DNA from: Calditrichia bacterium
GTDB taxonomy: Bacteria; Calditrichota; Calditrichia; JAJRVZ01
DNA: 64,000 nucleotides
Direction: 5' to 3'
Assembly (NCBI GenBank): GCA_963796965.1
Contig: CAWCNS010000008.1
Location: forward strand, 1-64,000
Below, one piece after another: positions 54,153 to 64,000 of the stretch. Position numbers and translations under genes: made by a program. A model generated the notes under the pieces. That model saw nothing but the letters and a program-made list of their open reading frames with translations, was not told the origin of the DNA and did no database searches. Position 1 is the first letter of the stretch; the number at the start of each line of letters is the position of its first letter.

Positions 54153-57100
54153 CTAAGTATCAGCCTTAAATAAAGCGCGTAACTTATTAATATAGTCCGG
54201 CTTAATTCCCCGATCAGCCGCCTCGAGCAATAGTTGATCCATTGGAAGACCTTCGTCCAAAAAGATTTGGACGTAATTCTGAGGCTCCGCTAATGCCAGG
54301 GCATGCTCCAGGGGGGCAAGGGCTAAGGTTATATTGCCCTCCGCCTGGTGGGCGACAGCCAGCAATATCAGGATTTTGATAACACTTCCCGTCCTCCCAC
54401 CTTCTTCTGCCCCCTTTAAAAGGCGTTCTAATAATCCCATGGCCTCATGTATAGAACGGTCGGTGCCCTCACTCTTATACGCAGCGATGAGCACCCTGGC
54501 GAGGGTGATGTGCTCAAACTCACGCAGGTAACTGAGGTCGTCATTATAGGAAAGACCGCAGCTACGCACCCACCCTAATGCTTGGGTCAACTTGCCCTGC
54601 CTCACCCACACCTCTGTCTTCAATGCCGCTACAGGACGCAGGTTAGGTATGGGGCTCCTGACATATAGATTTTCTGCCTTATCAAGGAGTTTTAGAGCGC
54701 CACTCAGGTCTCCCTGAGCTTTTTTAAGCAGGGCCTTTGCTAGGTAAAGGGGAGATTGATCCGGAAACCTAGCCTGCTCGCCCAGTTCTTCGCCATTGAG
54801 TAGGAGCTGTCTGGCAGATTCAATATCACCCTGTTCTGAGAATAACCCGCTCAATCCAAAATAAAGCTCCGCCGTTCCCCGTGGTACAGGCTTACCCTGC
54901 TCCATCACAAGCTGCAATGACTCTTCATACCTACTTACCGCCTCGTGGAGACGGCCCTGGGCCATCCTTATCTCAACTAACACAAATGTGGGACTTATCG
55001 CCGCAGAAATATCGCCAGCCTTGCGAAAACTGGCCATGACATCGGTCATGGATTTGTAGGCTGCTTTCAGATCTCCTTTCGCTAATTGGCCAAACCCCAA
55101 TAGCACAGTTGGGATTCCACGCTCAATATAGCTCCCCTCAGGCAAGAGATCGAGTGCCCGTTGAGCGTACTTCAGAGTTTTAGGAACATCCCCGAGAGCC
55201 TGGGCAAGATAAGCACGGGCGTTGGCAATCATTCCCGACAGAGACCGAAACTGAACCTCATCTACAACTACCATTTCCCCTGATGAGACGCCCACTCGAT
55301 CACTCCCCTCTGTCATTGCCTTAAGTGCCTGTTCAGCGTCTTTCAGTCGGACCTCACCGGCCTCCAGCTCGCCGGCTTGCAGTAACGCCCAGGCGTAGGC
55401 CGTGCTTAGGACAGGCCTTTTTCGGACCAGATCGTCTGGTAAAACCTTCACCCAACCAAGCCAGGTAGCAGCCTGAGAATTCTTATTCATTACCGGCCAT
55501 TCCAACTCTAATAATCCCGCCACGCGCTCCAAATCCTCCGCGGCAAAAGCATGATGAACAGCTTCGGCCGGAAGACCGTTTTGTTCATACCACGTACTCG
55601 CCCGCCGATGCAGAACAGGTACCTGATCAGGCTGCTCATCCAACAAATGTGTATGGAGAACATCTGAAAAGAGGTGGTGATACCGATACCACTGACGTTT
55701 ATCATCCAGCGAAACAACAAACAGATTTCCCCGCTCCAGCGTTTCCAATATCCTCTTCCCGTCATCCCTTGCAGTAACAGCATCACATAACGGACCACTT
55801 AGCCGGGCAAGAATCGAGGTTTGCAACAAGAAACCTCGTACATGTTCTTTCTGGCGCTTCAGGACCTCTTCACCCAGATAATCCAGAACGTAACGGTCGT
55901 GGCCAGCAAAAGCGCGTATAAAGCCGGAAATGTCCTCTCGTCCCTGCATGGAGAGAGCAGCCAGTTGAAGCCCGGCAACCCAGCCTTCAGTGAGGTTTCC
56001 TAATGCGTCGATGTCCCCTGTGGAAAGGTTCAAGCCCATCACCTGTTTGAGAAATCCGGCAGCTTCTGTGGTTGTAAAACGCAAATCAGCGGCACGCAAT
56101 TCAGTCAATTGATCCCGGACACGTAACCGGGGGAGAGGAAGATCGGGATCCTCACGGGTGGTGATGGCCAGGTGCATTTGTGGTGGCAGATGCTCAAGAA
56201 GAAAGTTGAGCGCTTCGTGAACAGGTTTAGCATCAACAACATGGTAATCGTCAAGGACAAGGGTAAAATTTTCCTGGACCAGGCTGATTTCATTGAGTAG
56301 GGTTGTCAGAATCGATTCCACCGGCGGTGTTTGAGGGGATTGCAGCGCAACCAACACGCCTTCTCCAATATTTGCCTCAATCGTCTGCAACGCAGCAATG
56401 AGGTAAACCAGAAAACGTGTGGGGTCGTTATCCCCTTCGTCCATCGACAGCCAGGCCACGGGTCGATCGAAACCTGATATCCATTCGCTGATTAAGGTTG
56501 TTTTGCCAAAACCAGCAGGGGCAGAAATGAGGGTCAATTTGCCATGTAAACCCCGGTTTAGCTGCTCTATCAAGCGGGGGCGGTGAACAATTTTAGGACG
56601 GGGGGGAGGAATATAAAGTTTCGTAGCTAAGATAATGGTGATTGAACTTTCTTCCTGGATCTTTGGCCCCGGCTGCTCTTGTTTTTCCGGCAATGAACCA
56701 GAATCTGTATCAGTTTTACCTTTTATGTCTTCAGGTTTTGGAACGATTAGCCCTGTATTGGAAATGGCATAGACCTGAATGGGTTTTTCAACATTTTTAA
56801 GTTTAAATGTCTTCAACAGGGAAGTCTTGACGGATTCCTGGTTTTTTATTTCATCATAGACCTTATCAGAGATAAAAATACTCCCCGGAGCGGCCAAAGA
56901 TTCTATGCGAGCGGCAACATTTACACTATCACCGATGATCTCTTCTTCGCTTATAATAATATCGCCGGTATGAATACCAATTCTTACCGGTATGGAGGGC
57001 TTTTTCAGGAAGTTTAGCTGCATTTCGATAGCACATGTTACCGCATCAATGGCACTATTGAAAATGCTTAAGGTACCATCACCATAGTATTGCAGGATTT

Positions 57101-57248
57101 GTCCCTTATACTTTTCAGTAGTGGAATTAAATATGTGTCGGTGTTTATCCCTGGTTTGGACGGCTCTTTTCTCATTTTCCTGCATAAGAGCCGTATATCC
57201 CTGGATATCAGTGAACATGATCGCAGCTAACTGACGGGAGCGTGACAT
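54153..57248 (-). CDS. Class III adenylate/guanylate cyclase fused to MalT-type STAND ATPase-TPR
   Basis: MFTDI.GY, GDG, RIGIHTGD, GDSVNVAARIE; then APAGFGKTT, LVLDDYH, TEGW.AGL and TPRs; no LuxR HTH. Confidence 0.9.
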   Translation of the reverse strand: MSRSRQLAAIMFTDIQGYTALMQENEKRAVQTRDKHRHIFNSTTEKYKGQILQYYGDGTLSIFNSAIDAVTCAIEMQLNFLKKPSIPVRIGIHTGDIIISEEEIIGDSVNVAARIESLAAPGSIFISDKVYDEIKNQESVKTSLLKTFKLKNVEKPIQVYAISNTGLIVPKPEDIKGKTDTDSGSLPEKQEQPGPKIQEESSITIILATKLYIPPPRPKIVHRPRLIEQLNRGLHGKLTLISAPAGFGKTTLISEWISGFDRPVAWLSMDEGDNDPTRFLVYLIAALQTIEANIGEGVLVALQSPQTPPVESILTTLLNEISLVQENFTLVLDDYHVVDAKPVHEALNFLLEHLPPQMHLAITTREDPDLPLPRLRVRDQLTELRAADLRFTTTEAAGFLKQVMGLNLSTGDIDALGNLTEGWVAGLQLAALSMQGREDISGFIRAFAGHDRYVLDYLGEEVLKRQKEHVRGFLLQTSILARLSGPLCDAVTARDDGKRILETLERGNLFVVSLDDKRQWYRYHHLFSDVLHTHLLDEQPDQVPVLHRRASTWYEQNGLPAEAVHHAFAAEDLERVAGLLELEWPVMNKNSQAATWLGWVKVLPDDLVRKRPVLSTAYAWALLQAGELEAGEVRLKDAEQALKAMTEGSDRVGVSSGEMVVVDEVQFRSLSGMIANARAYLAQALGDVPKTLKYAQRALDLLPEGSYIERGIPTVLLGFGQLAKGDLKAAYKSMTDVMASFRKAGDISAAISPTFVLVEIRMAQGRLHEAVSRYEESLQLVMEQGKPVPRGTAELYFGLSGLFSEQGDIESARQLLLNGEELGEQARFPDQSPLYLAKALLKKAQGDLSGALKLLDKAENLYVRSPIPNLRPVAALKTEVWVRQGKLTQALGWVRSCGLSYNDDLSYLREFEHITLARVLIAAYKSEGTDRSIHEAMGLLERLLKGAEEGGRTGSVIKILILLAVAHQAEGNITLALAPLEHALALAEPQNYVQIFLDEGLPMDQLLLEAADRGIKPDYINKLRALFKADT

Positions 57249-57347
57249 AATGATAAGTTATAAAAATAATCAATAATTTGCAGGCTGATCTGAAAATTTC
57301 AAAAAATATTATTGGCTATTAAGACTTAACAACATAGTGGTTAGATC

Positions 57348-57986
57348 TTAGTTTTTGTCATCTCTGAAATTATTGGACCAATGGGTTCCGTCGCAAAATG
57401 GTTTGTTTTTAGAGCCCCCGCAACGGCACATGGTAAAATGTTCCTTTGAACTGCCTTCACAGCGCTCTGTGTCAACAAGATCCGGTCCGCCGGAGACCAC
57501 GTAAGGACCGTTGGGTGCGATGAAGATAGCCGGTTCGTTGTTGTCCCGGTCGCGGTGCTCGACATCATCGACAGAATAACTCAGAGCCCCGGACGGACAT
57601 TTTTTAATGGTCGCGATAATCTCCTCAACATCTGCAGCATCGGGATGAATCCACGGCTCTTCGTTTAAACGGAAAACCGAACTAAGACCATCGGTACAAC
57701 GGCCGGCATGCGCGCAAATACCCCGGTTATCGTGAATGGTAATTTTTTTACCTGTGTAGTTCTCCCTTTTATCCTCAATACGTCCTTCTAGTTTGGCGGA
57801 TGAGAATCCATTTTTTGCATGCGTCCCATCGCAAAACGGCTTATTAGCAGATCCGCCACATCGGCATAGAGCCATCGTTTCTTTGGTATCGATCGGCCCC
57901 TTTTGATTGGCGAATTTCTTAAGGTTTTGTACTCTATAGGGACCATCCGTAGTTGGTGTAATACTTGGTTTCTTTTTTGAATCCAT
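57348..57986 (-). CDS. CDGSH iron-sulfur protein with central divergent 4Fe-4S domain
   Basis: Two CRCG.S.NKPFCDGTH; CAHAGRC...CPSGAL. Confidence 0.92.
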   Translation of the reverse strand: MDSKKKPSITPTTDGPYRVQNLKKFANQKGPIDTKETMALCRCGGSANKPFCDGTHAKNGFSSAKLEGRIEDKRENYTGKKITIHDNRGICAHAGRCTDGLSSVFRLNEEPWIHPDAADVEEIIATIKKCPSGALSYSVDDVEHRDRDNNEPAIFIAPNGPYVVSGGPDLVDTERCEGSSKEHFTMCRCGGSKNKPFCDGTHWSNNFRDDKN

Positions 57987-58023
57987 GTGAATCTCCTTTT
58001 ATTGTAGTTCGTTATATCTAAAG

Positions 58024-58395
58024 CTATACATGCTGATCGACAAGGATTGGGTTTCCGTCGGGATCAACGGCTATAAAACTTGCTGGTCCTGTGGTGCTCT
58101 CATCCGCTTCGGTCATTAATTCCACTCCTTGCGCTTTTAACTTACGTTGTAAGTCACGGACATCAGTGAATGTGTCCAGTTGAGCGGCGTTTTTATCCCA
58201 GCCGGGATTGAAGGTCAGGGTATTTTTTTCGAACATGCCCTGAAAAAGACCAATCGTGTGATCGCCATTTCTTAGAATTAACCAATTCTGAGTGGCATCT
58301 CCGCCAATGACCTTAAAACCAAATTTTTCATAAAAGGCCTTTGATTCTTCAATGTTCTTGACGGCCAAACTGATTGAAAATGTTCCAAGTTCCAT
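58024..58395 (-). CDS. VOC/glyoxalase-family protein
   Basis: SLAVK...S.AFYE; DPDGN. Confidence 0.9.
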   Translation of the reverse strand: MELGTFSISLAVKNIEESKAFYEKFGFKVIGGDATQNWLILRNGDHTIGLFQGMFEKNTLTFNPGWDKNAAQLDTFTDVRDLQRKLKAQGVELMTEADESTTGPASFIAVDPDGNPILVDQHV

Positions 58396-58722
58396 AAATT
58401 ACTCCTATGCAAATTTTCAGTAGTATTATGAATAACCTCCCCCTTAGTCAACCTCCTTAGTAAGGAGGGGGAAAAAGGGGGTGGTAATTATATTCTTTTT
58501 CCTTTGGCTGTGGTTAAAATCAGATTAATAATTAAGTAAACTTTTAGAAAATGGACAAAGTCTAAAAAAATAGAATCGTAAATGTTTTTTAACATGTCCC
58601 ACCACTGGTGGTCCGGGGTGAAAAATGAGTATTTACGGACTTTACATCTGATATTAAAACAGTATTTAGGTATAACTCATGAACGTGGTATTTATATTTC
58701 ATTCATGCATCAATAAAAAACT

Positions 58723-60169
58723 CTAGGTGAGGCGGTGGACGATATAATCTTCACCTTTTTTAATAAGATCAAAATTTTGATCCGATGCCTTTATTGCTTG
58801 GGTATAGATATCTTTCGTATAATCAATCAAGAATTTCTCGGCTTTGGGCATTCCTTGTTCTTTCCATGAATCCAGGTCAAAGGAGGGCCATAAGGTATTT
58901 GTCCCTGGCAATTCCGGTAAAGAGGCGAGCGTCTGTTCTGAGGTTAAATAATTACCCCCAGGCCCCACACGATCTATTTCACCTAAGTTTACCGTCGTAT
59001 CATTTAAAGTAAATCCTTTTGCGAATTTTTTTGCTTCACCAATTATGTTATCAGAGAGTACCACATTACTGGGAGAGAAAGCCATTGAATCAAAATTACT
59101 TCCTACAAAGGGCGCACAACCGATTTTACCCATGCAGGAACTAAGGTGATTTTGCCACAAATCCCCTGATGCAGATAAGTCAGCCTCTCCAGCCATTGCT
59201 GCTGCCGGAAGTACCACAATGTGGAATGCCATAAAAACTCATCATCTCAGCACAGGCCAGGTTGAGCAAATAGGATGAAGCGGTATAGGTGCTTCCCATC
59301 GTTTTCATATTAAAGGCTGCCGGAAGGCTTCCCAATATCATCTCGCTTCCTTCTTTTATTAACTGACCGAATACTAATCCAGCCAGCAACTCTGCATTTA
59401 AAAGTGCCAGCGAACCACCTTCCGTAACGGGAGAGGTACCGCCGGACATGGCGTAATTGGAGTACATGATGGGTAATCCGTGATTGATAGAAGCAATCAT
59501 TTTATCGGTTGTAGATGAATTCAACATTAAGGGCGTTATTGGATTGAAATAGGGGATGCAAAAAGGTTTTGCTGATATATCCCCATGAAGAAAAGATAGA
59601 AGTTCAAATACAGGATTGATATTTTTGTCTTCCAGAATTAATAAGACCAATGGTTTCGATGTATTGGCATACATATCGAGGGCATTATATAAGTCTAATT
59701 TATCTGCCGGTACATCTGTTGCAATGCCCAGGGTCGAGACCATATCATAATTACTGAGCAAATCCCCCAGCTTTGTGGAATGCTGCATATGTTTTCTCTT
59801 AAAAGATTCAACCCGGCTACTTTCTATATCCTGAAAATGGGTGTTGGTTACCCCGATCCCAAAATAGGTTTCATCGCCCTGCATTTTCCCCAGATGAAAA
59901 GCTCTCTCGCCGGCTTTGTTATATAGGGCAATACTTGAAGGGACTGTTTCTATGGCATGATTAATAAGTTCACCCTGGATGCAAACAAGATCATTTTTAA
60001 TGGTTGCCGCATTTGATTTCTTAAAGATTTCAAGCGCTGTTTTTGATTCGACTTTTATTCCCGTCTTTTCCAAAATAGAGACAGAATAAATATGGATCTT
60101 ATTCATCTGCTCCGGGCTGAGCAATTGAATCTTTGGTCTGACAATTTCCGGATTATTTGCTTTGGTCAT
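58723..60169 (-). CDS. Trimethylamine methyltransferase (MttB) superfamily, non-pyrrolysine (frameshift near 59190)
   Basis: PITPL, GGTSPVT..GSLA..NAE.LAG, VGPGGNYL. Confidence 0.88.
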
Positions 60170-60425
60170 TTCGCCTACCTGTTTATACTTAATAGAAATC
60201 AAAAATTGGATTAAATGTACAAATAGAAAAAATCTGAGAGGATAACAGGATTTACAGGATTTATATAGCGACAACCCGCCTAATTATAATTCCTTAGAAA
60301 TATTTACACAAGGAGATAGAAGAATTCCATCGATCCCTTTGATCCTGCAATCCTGTCGAAAAATATTTGGGGATTATATGATGCATTTAATAACCTCTTT
60401 TTATGCTTCAACTACCCTATGTTTT

Positions 60426-61569
60426 TTAGATCCGTGCCTCAGAGATTTCCCATTTTACATTTCTTTCCCTTAATCCTTTTTGCAAATAGTCAACGCATGC
60501 CTGATATTTTCCCATATATTCCGGGGGTGAAATACCTTTATGTGTATAAAGACCCTCCGCTATCATTCTAAGGGCTAAAGTTGCCGTATAACCGGTTGTC
60601 CTGGCCATGGAAATCACATCCGTCTCAGAACAATAGGTATCATACATATCGATTGTGTATCTGATTTTCTGACCGGCTTTTTCACCCTTGATGATCGATT
60701 GGAACACGGTTATATCGCCTTCTCCTTCTTTTAGTTTCCAGTTTGGAAACAATACCTGGGCTGTAAATTCAAGGGGACTTATTTTTAAACCTTTGACCTC
60801 TAGATGCTTTTCTTTGGAGAAGAAACCAAGTTCTCTCAGAACGGTCATTTTCTCAATATGACCGGGATAACGCAACGTTTTTTCTTTTAAGTTGGGGGCA
60901 TCAATTGTTTTTGCCAATGTTCTCAGACCATCGGTATTAAAGGCTTCCAGGGTTCCGATTTTCGGAAAGAATAGATATTCCGGATCTGATAAGGCAGGAC
61001 GGACGACCTCAAATCCATTTTCAATATACCGCGCAGGACGAATATACTCTTCAATGACATCAATGGGGGAGAATACAGCCTTATATTCACTGGGCCATTC
61101 TCTTATCTCAGGCAGCCCGCCCACATAAGTCAAAACGCTTTCAACCCTATCTAATCTCATGGCCATATTCATGATTAAAGCACTTCCCATTCCCGGATAA
61201 ACACCGCAATCCATAATCATGGTTACATTGTTCTCTTTGGCCAATTGATCAAGTTGGAAAGGATCTTCTTCATAAAAAGCAATACAGGCACAACTTTTTC
61301 CGGCTGAAATGATCGCTTTTGCTGTCTCAAACCCCATAAAACCGGGGACTGCATTGACGACAAGGTCAAAGTTTTTCACAAGGTCGGTAACATCTTCCGG
61401 ATTTGATAAATCTTTTTGAGATAACAGACAATTCGGAGCATTTCACTTTCAGACGATTCAAAGCATCATTGCTAAAATCAGCAACGGTCACATCGAAGTT
61501 ATCTTCTTTAGTTAAATCTATTGCCATCGGCGCACCGACGAGTCCGGCCCCTAATACAATAATTTTCAT
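60426..61569 (-). CDS. Saccharopine dehydrogenase / lysine 6-dehydrogenase family (frameshift near 61410)
   Basis: VLGAGLVG; DCGVYPG; EKTLRYPGH; MARTTG. Confidence 0.9.
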
Positions 61570-62112
61570 TTCTACCTCCCAAATGAAATTTTGAGTCATA
61601 CAAACAGAACCCGGGATTCACCCTCCGGGTCTGACGCTTCCTTGTCGTTTTTTTTACAAAATTTGAAAAATAATTATAACCACAGAATTACACAGAAAAG
61701 CACAGATGATTAAAATTAGAATATTTAGAAAAAAATTTATAAAATAACTCCTCCATCGGTATCCATTCAGGTGGGTGCTTCGTGATGTTAAAAAAACAAT
61801 CAAACAGTCTGTTAGATATGAGACATAATTTTCCTATGAATAACAATTGAATACTTTTTTAATTGGATCTAATCTGTGAGGAAACAAAATCTGTATTATA
61901 AACCGGAGAAGCGGTTTAGATAGGCGATAAGAATAGAAGCGTGTCTCTGTTTTTCTGTATGTCCAAATTTGAATAATATCTTTTTCATGAGCGTAATGTA
62001 GGAAAATATTCAGAAAAAGAGAACAAAAATTTTTAGGATCGTATCTGGTCTTTTTAATCCAATTCTTTCGACCCAAAGACTGTATTGAATTTTTTATGCT
62101 TAACTATTCATA

Positions 62113-62943
62113 TTATCCGGTAACCCATTTATATGAACATCCCTGCTTAAGATGAAGAACAATATAATCTGTATAAATCGCCTTTAAATGATCATTTAGC
62201 GTACGCATGCCAAATTCTTCACTGGTCCCGTGATTTATCATAACCAACGGGTGACCTGAATCCTCTGCATAGGTTGTTTGGATCCAGGTGTTAATACTAT
62301 CATCGATTGTAATAAAAAGATCAGGATTTAAATCCATAAAATCCTTTGGATCGCTAAAACATCCCGTACCGATACCAACTGTAGATACTTTGGACTGTGG
62401 ATTTCCATAAAAAGCAACTCCCGGTTGTTCCACCACAGCCAATTTTCGCGCAATCTGTTTCGCGACCTCAACGGCCGGTGCCGGATTAATCGTGTAGACA
62501 TTATAATACGTTTTTGAGTTTGCTATCGTATCAGTGGAAAAACCCATGCTTTGCCCAGAGCAAAGGGTATACCGGTTTCGGACTTCTTGTCCCAAACATC
62601 ATGACAACGGATAATGACAAGACTATTTTTATTAACCCAGGCAATCTTATCATCACGTAATGCTGAATAGTATTTTTGTGCAGGTGAATCACCGCTTAGA
62701 TAACTTTCATTTTTCACATCCAAATCCCAATGGTGATAAAAAGTGGGTTCATGAACAATAAGCGTGTTAATCCCCTTGGAGACAGCTCGTTTTTAAGGTT
62801 TCCCAGCAGGGTGTCCAGCAGGTACCAATTTTTTTAACCGGGGTAGTTGGATCCCCGATTATTACTCGATCGACGGAGGGCTCTTTCACATCGCATAAGG
62901 AACGGAGATAATTATTAACATCAGCTGCTGATAATTCTTCCAT
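62113..62943 (-). CDS. Nif3-like dinuclear metal-centre protein (frameshifted)
   Basis: ATG at 62943; IVHEPTFY, RCHDVWD, NHGTSEE.G. Confidence 0.8.
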
Positions 62944-62988
62944 CGTATTTCCAAATTTAATAGTTATAATATAAATATGTGTTTAGTG

Positions 62989-63100
62989 CTACTCGGATAA
63001 GCAAAATCTATTCCCCCTTTATTAAGGGGGGATGAATTTAGCTTATCCGAGTAGTGGAAACACTTATTTCTATCAAAAGGATCTAATCTGCAGCAGCCCC
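62989..63100 (-). repeat. MITE-like repeat copy
   Basis: 63058-63100 is the reverse complement of 50317-50359 (about 40/43 nt); CTACTCGGATAAGC/GCTTATCCGAGTAG stem. Confidence 0.75.
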
Positions 63101-63129
63101 TGAAGGAAGAGGCTAATACAGATAGTATT

Positions 63130-64000
63130 TTATTGGCATAACTTTCTTATCTCTTCCGTAGCTGATTCACTTTTGATGTCAAATTCCTTCTCAACTCCGG
63201 CAACAATACAACGATTCACCATAATACCACCCATTTTTACAGTTAAATACGGTTTACCGTTTTCAAGTCCAACAGTACCAAACCCGGTTTCCGTAGATAA
63301 AAAACTCCTGAAATCGTTCCCGATTTTTGAATCAATATATAATATTTTCTCCACTGCATCATAGCGTACACCGGTCAGTCCCTGAATAAGGCCATAGCTC
63401 GGACATGGCACGTGCATACCAATGCCCGCATTCGTATTCATTAAAGGGATTGCGAATGCGACCATCATATCTTTCCCGGCAGGTACGGACAATTTCCAGA
63501 CCTTCTTCAACCAGACCTTCAAGCATGAGATGAGAGGCGACCTGATATTCAATACCAGTCCAGACCTCGTTACTATAGACAAAAGGAAGAGATAACTTTC
63601 CGCCCTTGGGCCAGGTGCACAAGAGCAGCCCGCCCTCTTTCCCCAGGGCATAGGACGGCCTTTGAGGATTCACATGATTTGTCAGGTCGTGTTTGAGGTT
63701 ATACTTATGAATGGAAAAAAGATGGCTTTTCACTTTCTTCGGATTGATAATTTCTCCCAGACCACTCATTTGCGCGATCCAAAAGCCCAACACGCCATCG
63801 GATAAACATCCCCGACCATATTGGTATTTGGGCCCTTCCTTTTTAAGAAGTTCTAATGCTTCTGACGTGTAATTACTATTCCAGTGATTTTCTGCGGCTT
63901 GAACCGGATCTTTCGCATTTAAACCTTTCCATTGTATTTTCTGGATAAAGTATTCACCATCATACAACTCGCTTTCCATATAGTGACGTCCATTTTTCAA
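63130..64000 (-). CDS. Glycoside hydrolase family 116 (non-lysosomal glucosylceramidase-like), C-terminal part
   Basis: GCLSDG, EVWTGIEY, NPFNEYECGHWYARAMS. Confidence 0.9.

Noticed and set aside
61600..61800. Lysine or glycine riboswitch upstream of the saccharopine dehydrogenase
   Set aside because: Only a hairpin (ACCCGG..CCGGGT) is visible; I cannot identify aptamer consensus motifs. An Rfam scan would decide.
1..64000. About 20 genes split by frameshifts, as mass pseudogenisation or programmed frameshifting
   Set aside because: Single-base indels are scattered evenly through otherwise intact housekeeping-type genes, often at homopolymers. This fits long-read sequencing error better; it cannot be resolved without reads.

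Overview
Bacterial genomic DNA. Its gene content suggests an FCB-group organism such as Calditrichota, KSB1 or Ignavibacteria; this is inferred from the tandem NYPNPFNP-tailed secreted proteins. Many single-base frameshifts occur and are probably in large part sequencing indels. Positions 1-13.1 kb are an integron gene-cassette array: 8 attC sites, each cassette's R'' complementary to the preceding R', and no intI in the window. The cassettes carry two toxin-antitoxin pairs, two TsaA/TrmO homologues, a Bcr-like ABC pair, a methyltransferase and other genes. Three different IS110-family (IS1111-type) elements sit antisense inside attC sites, at two different positions. One is intact, with a ~570-bp non-coding region that should encode the bridge/seek RNA. 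One decayed copy carries four 22-bp hairpin micro-insertions. Positions 13.4-29.2 kb continue on the + strand as a patchwork of genes, gene fragments and attC half-sites, probably an eroded array, and end at a 22-bp-period palindrome mini-array. Positions 29.4-64 kb are entirely on the - strand. They encode secreted beta-propeller proteins with a shared C-terminal sorting tail, glycoside hydrolases, peptidases, an adenylate-cyclase/MalT-STAND fusion, an MttB-family methyltransferase, and dispersed MITE/REP-like repeats.
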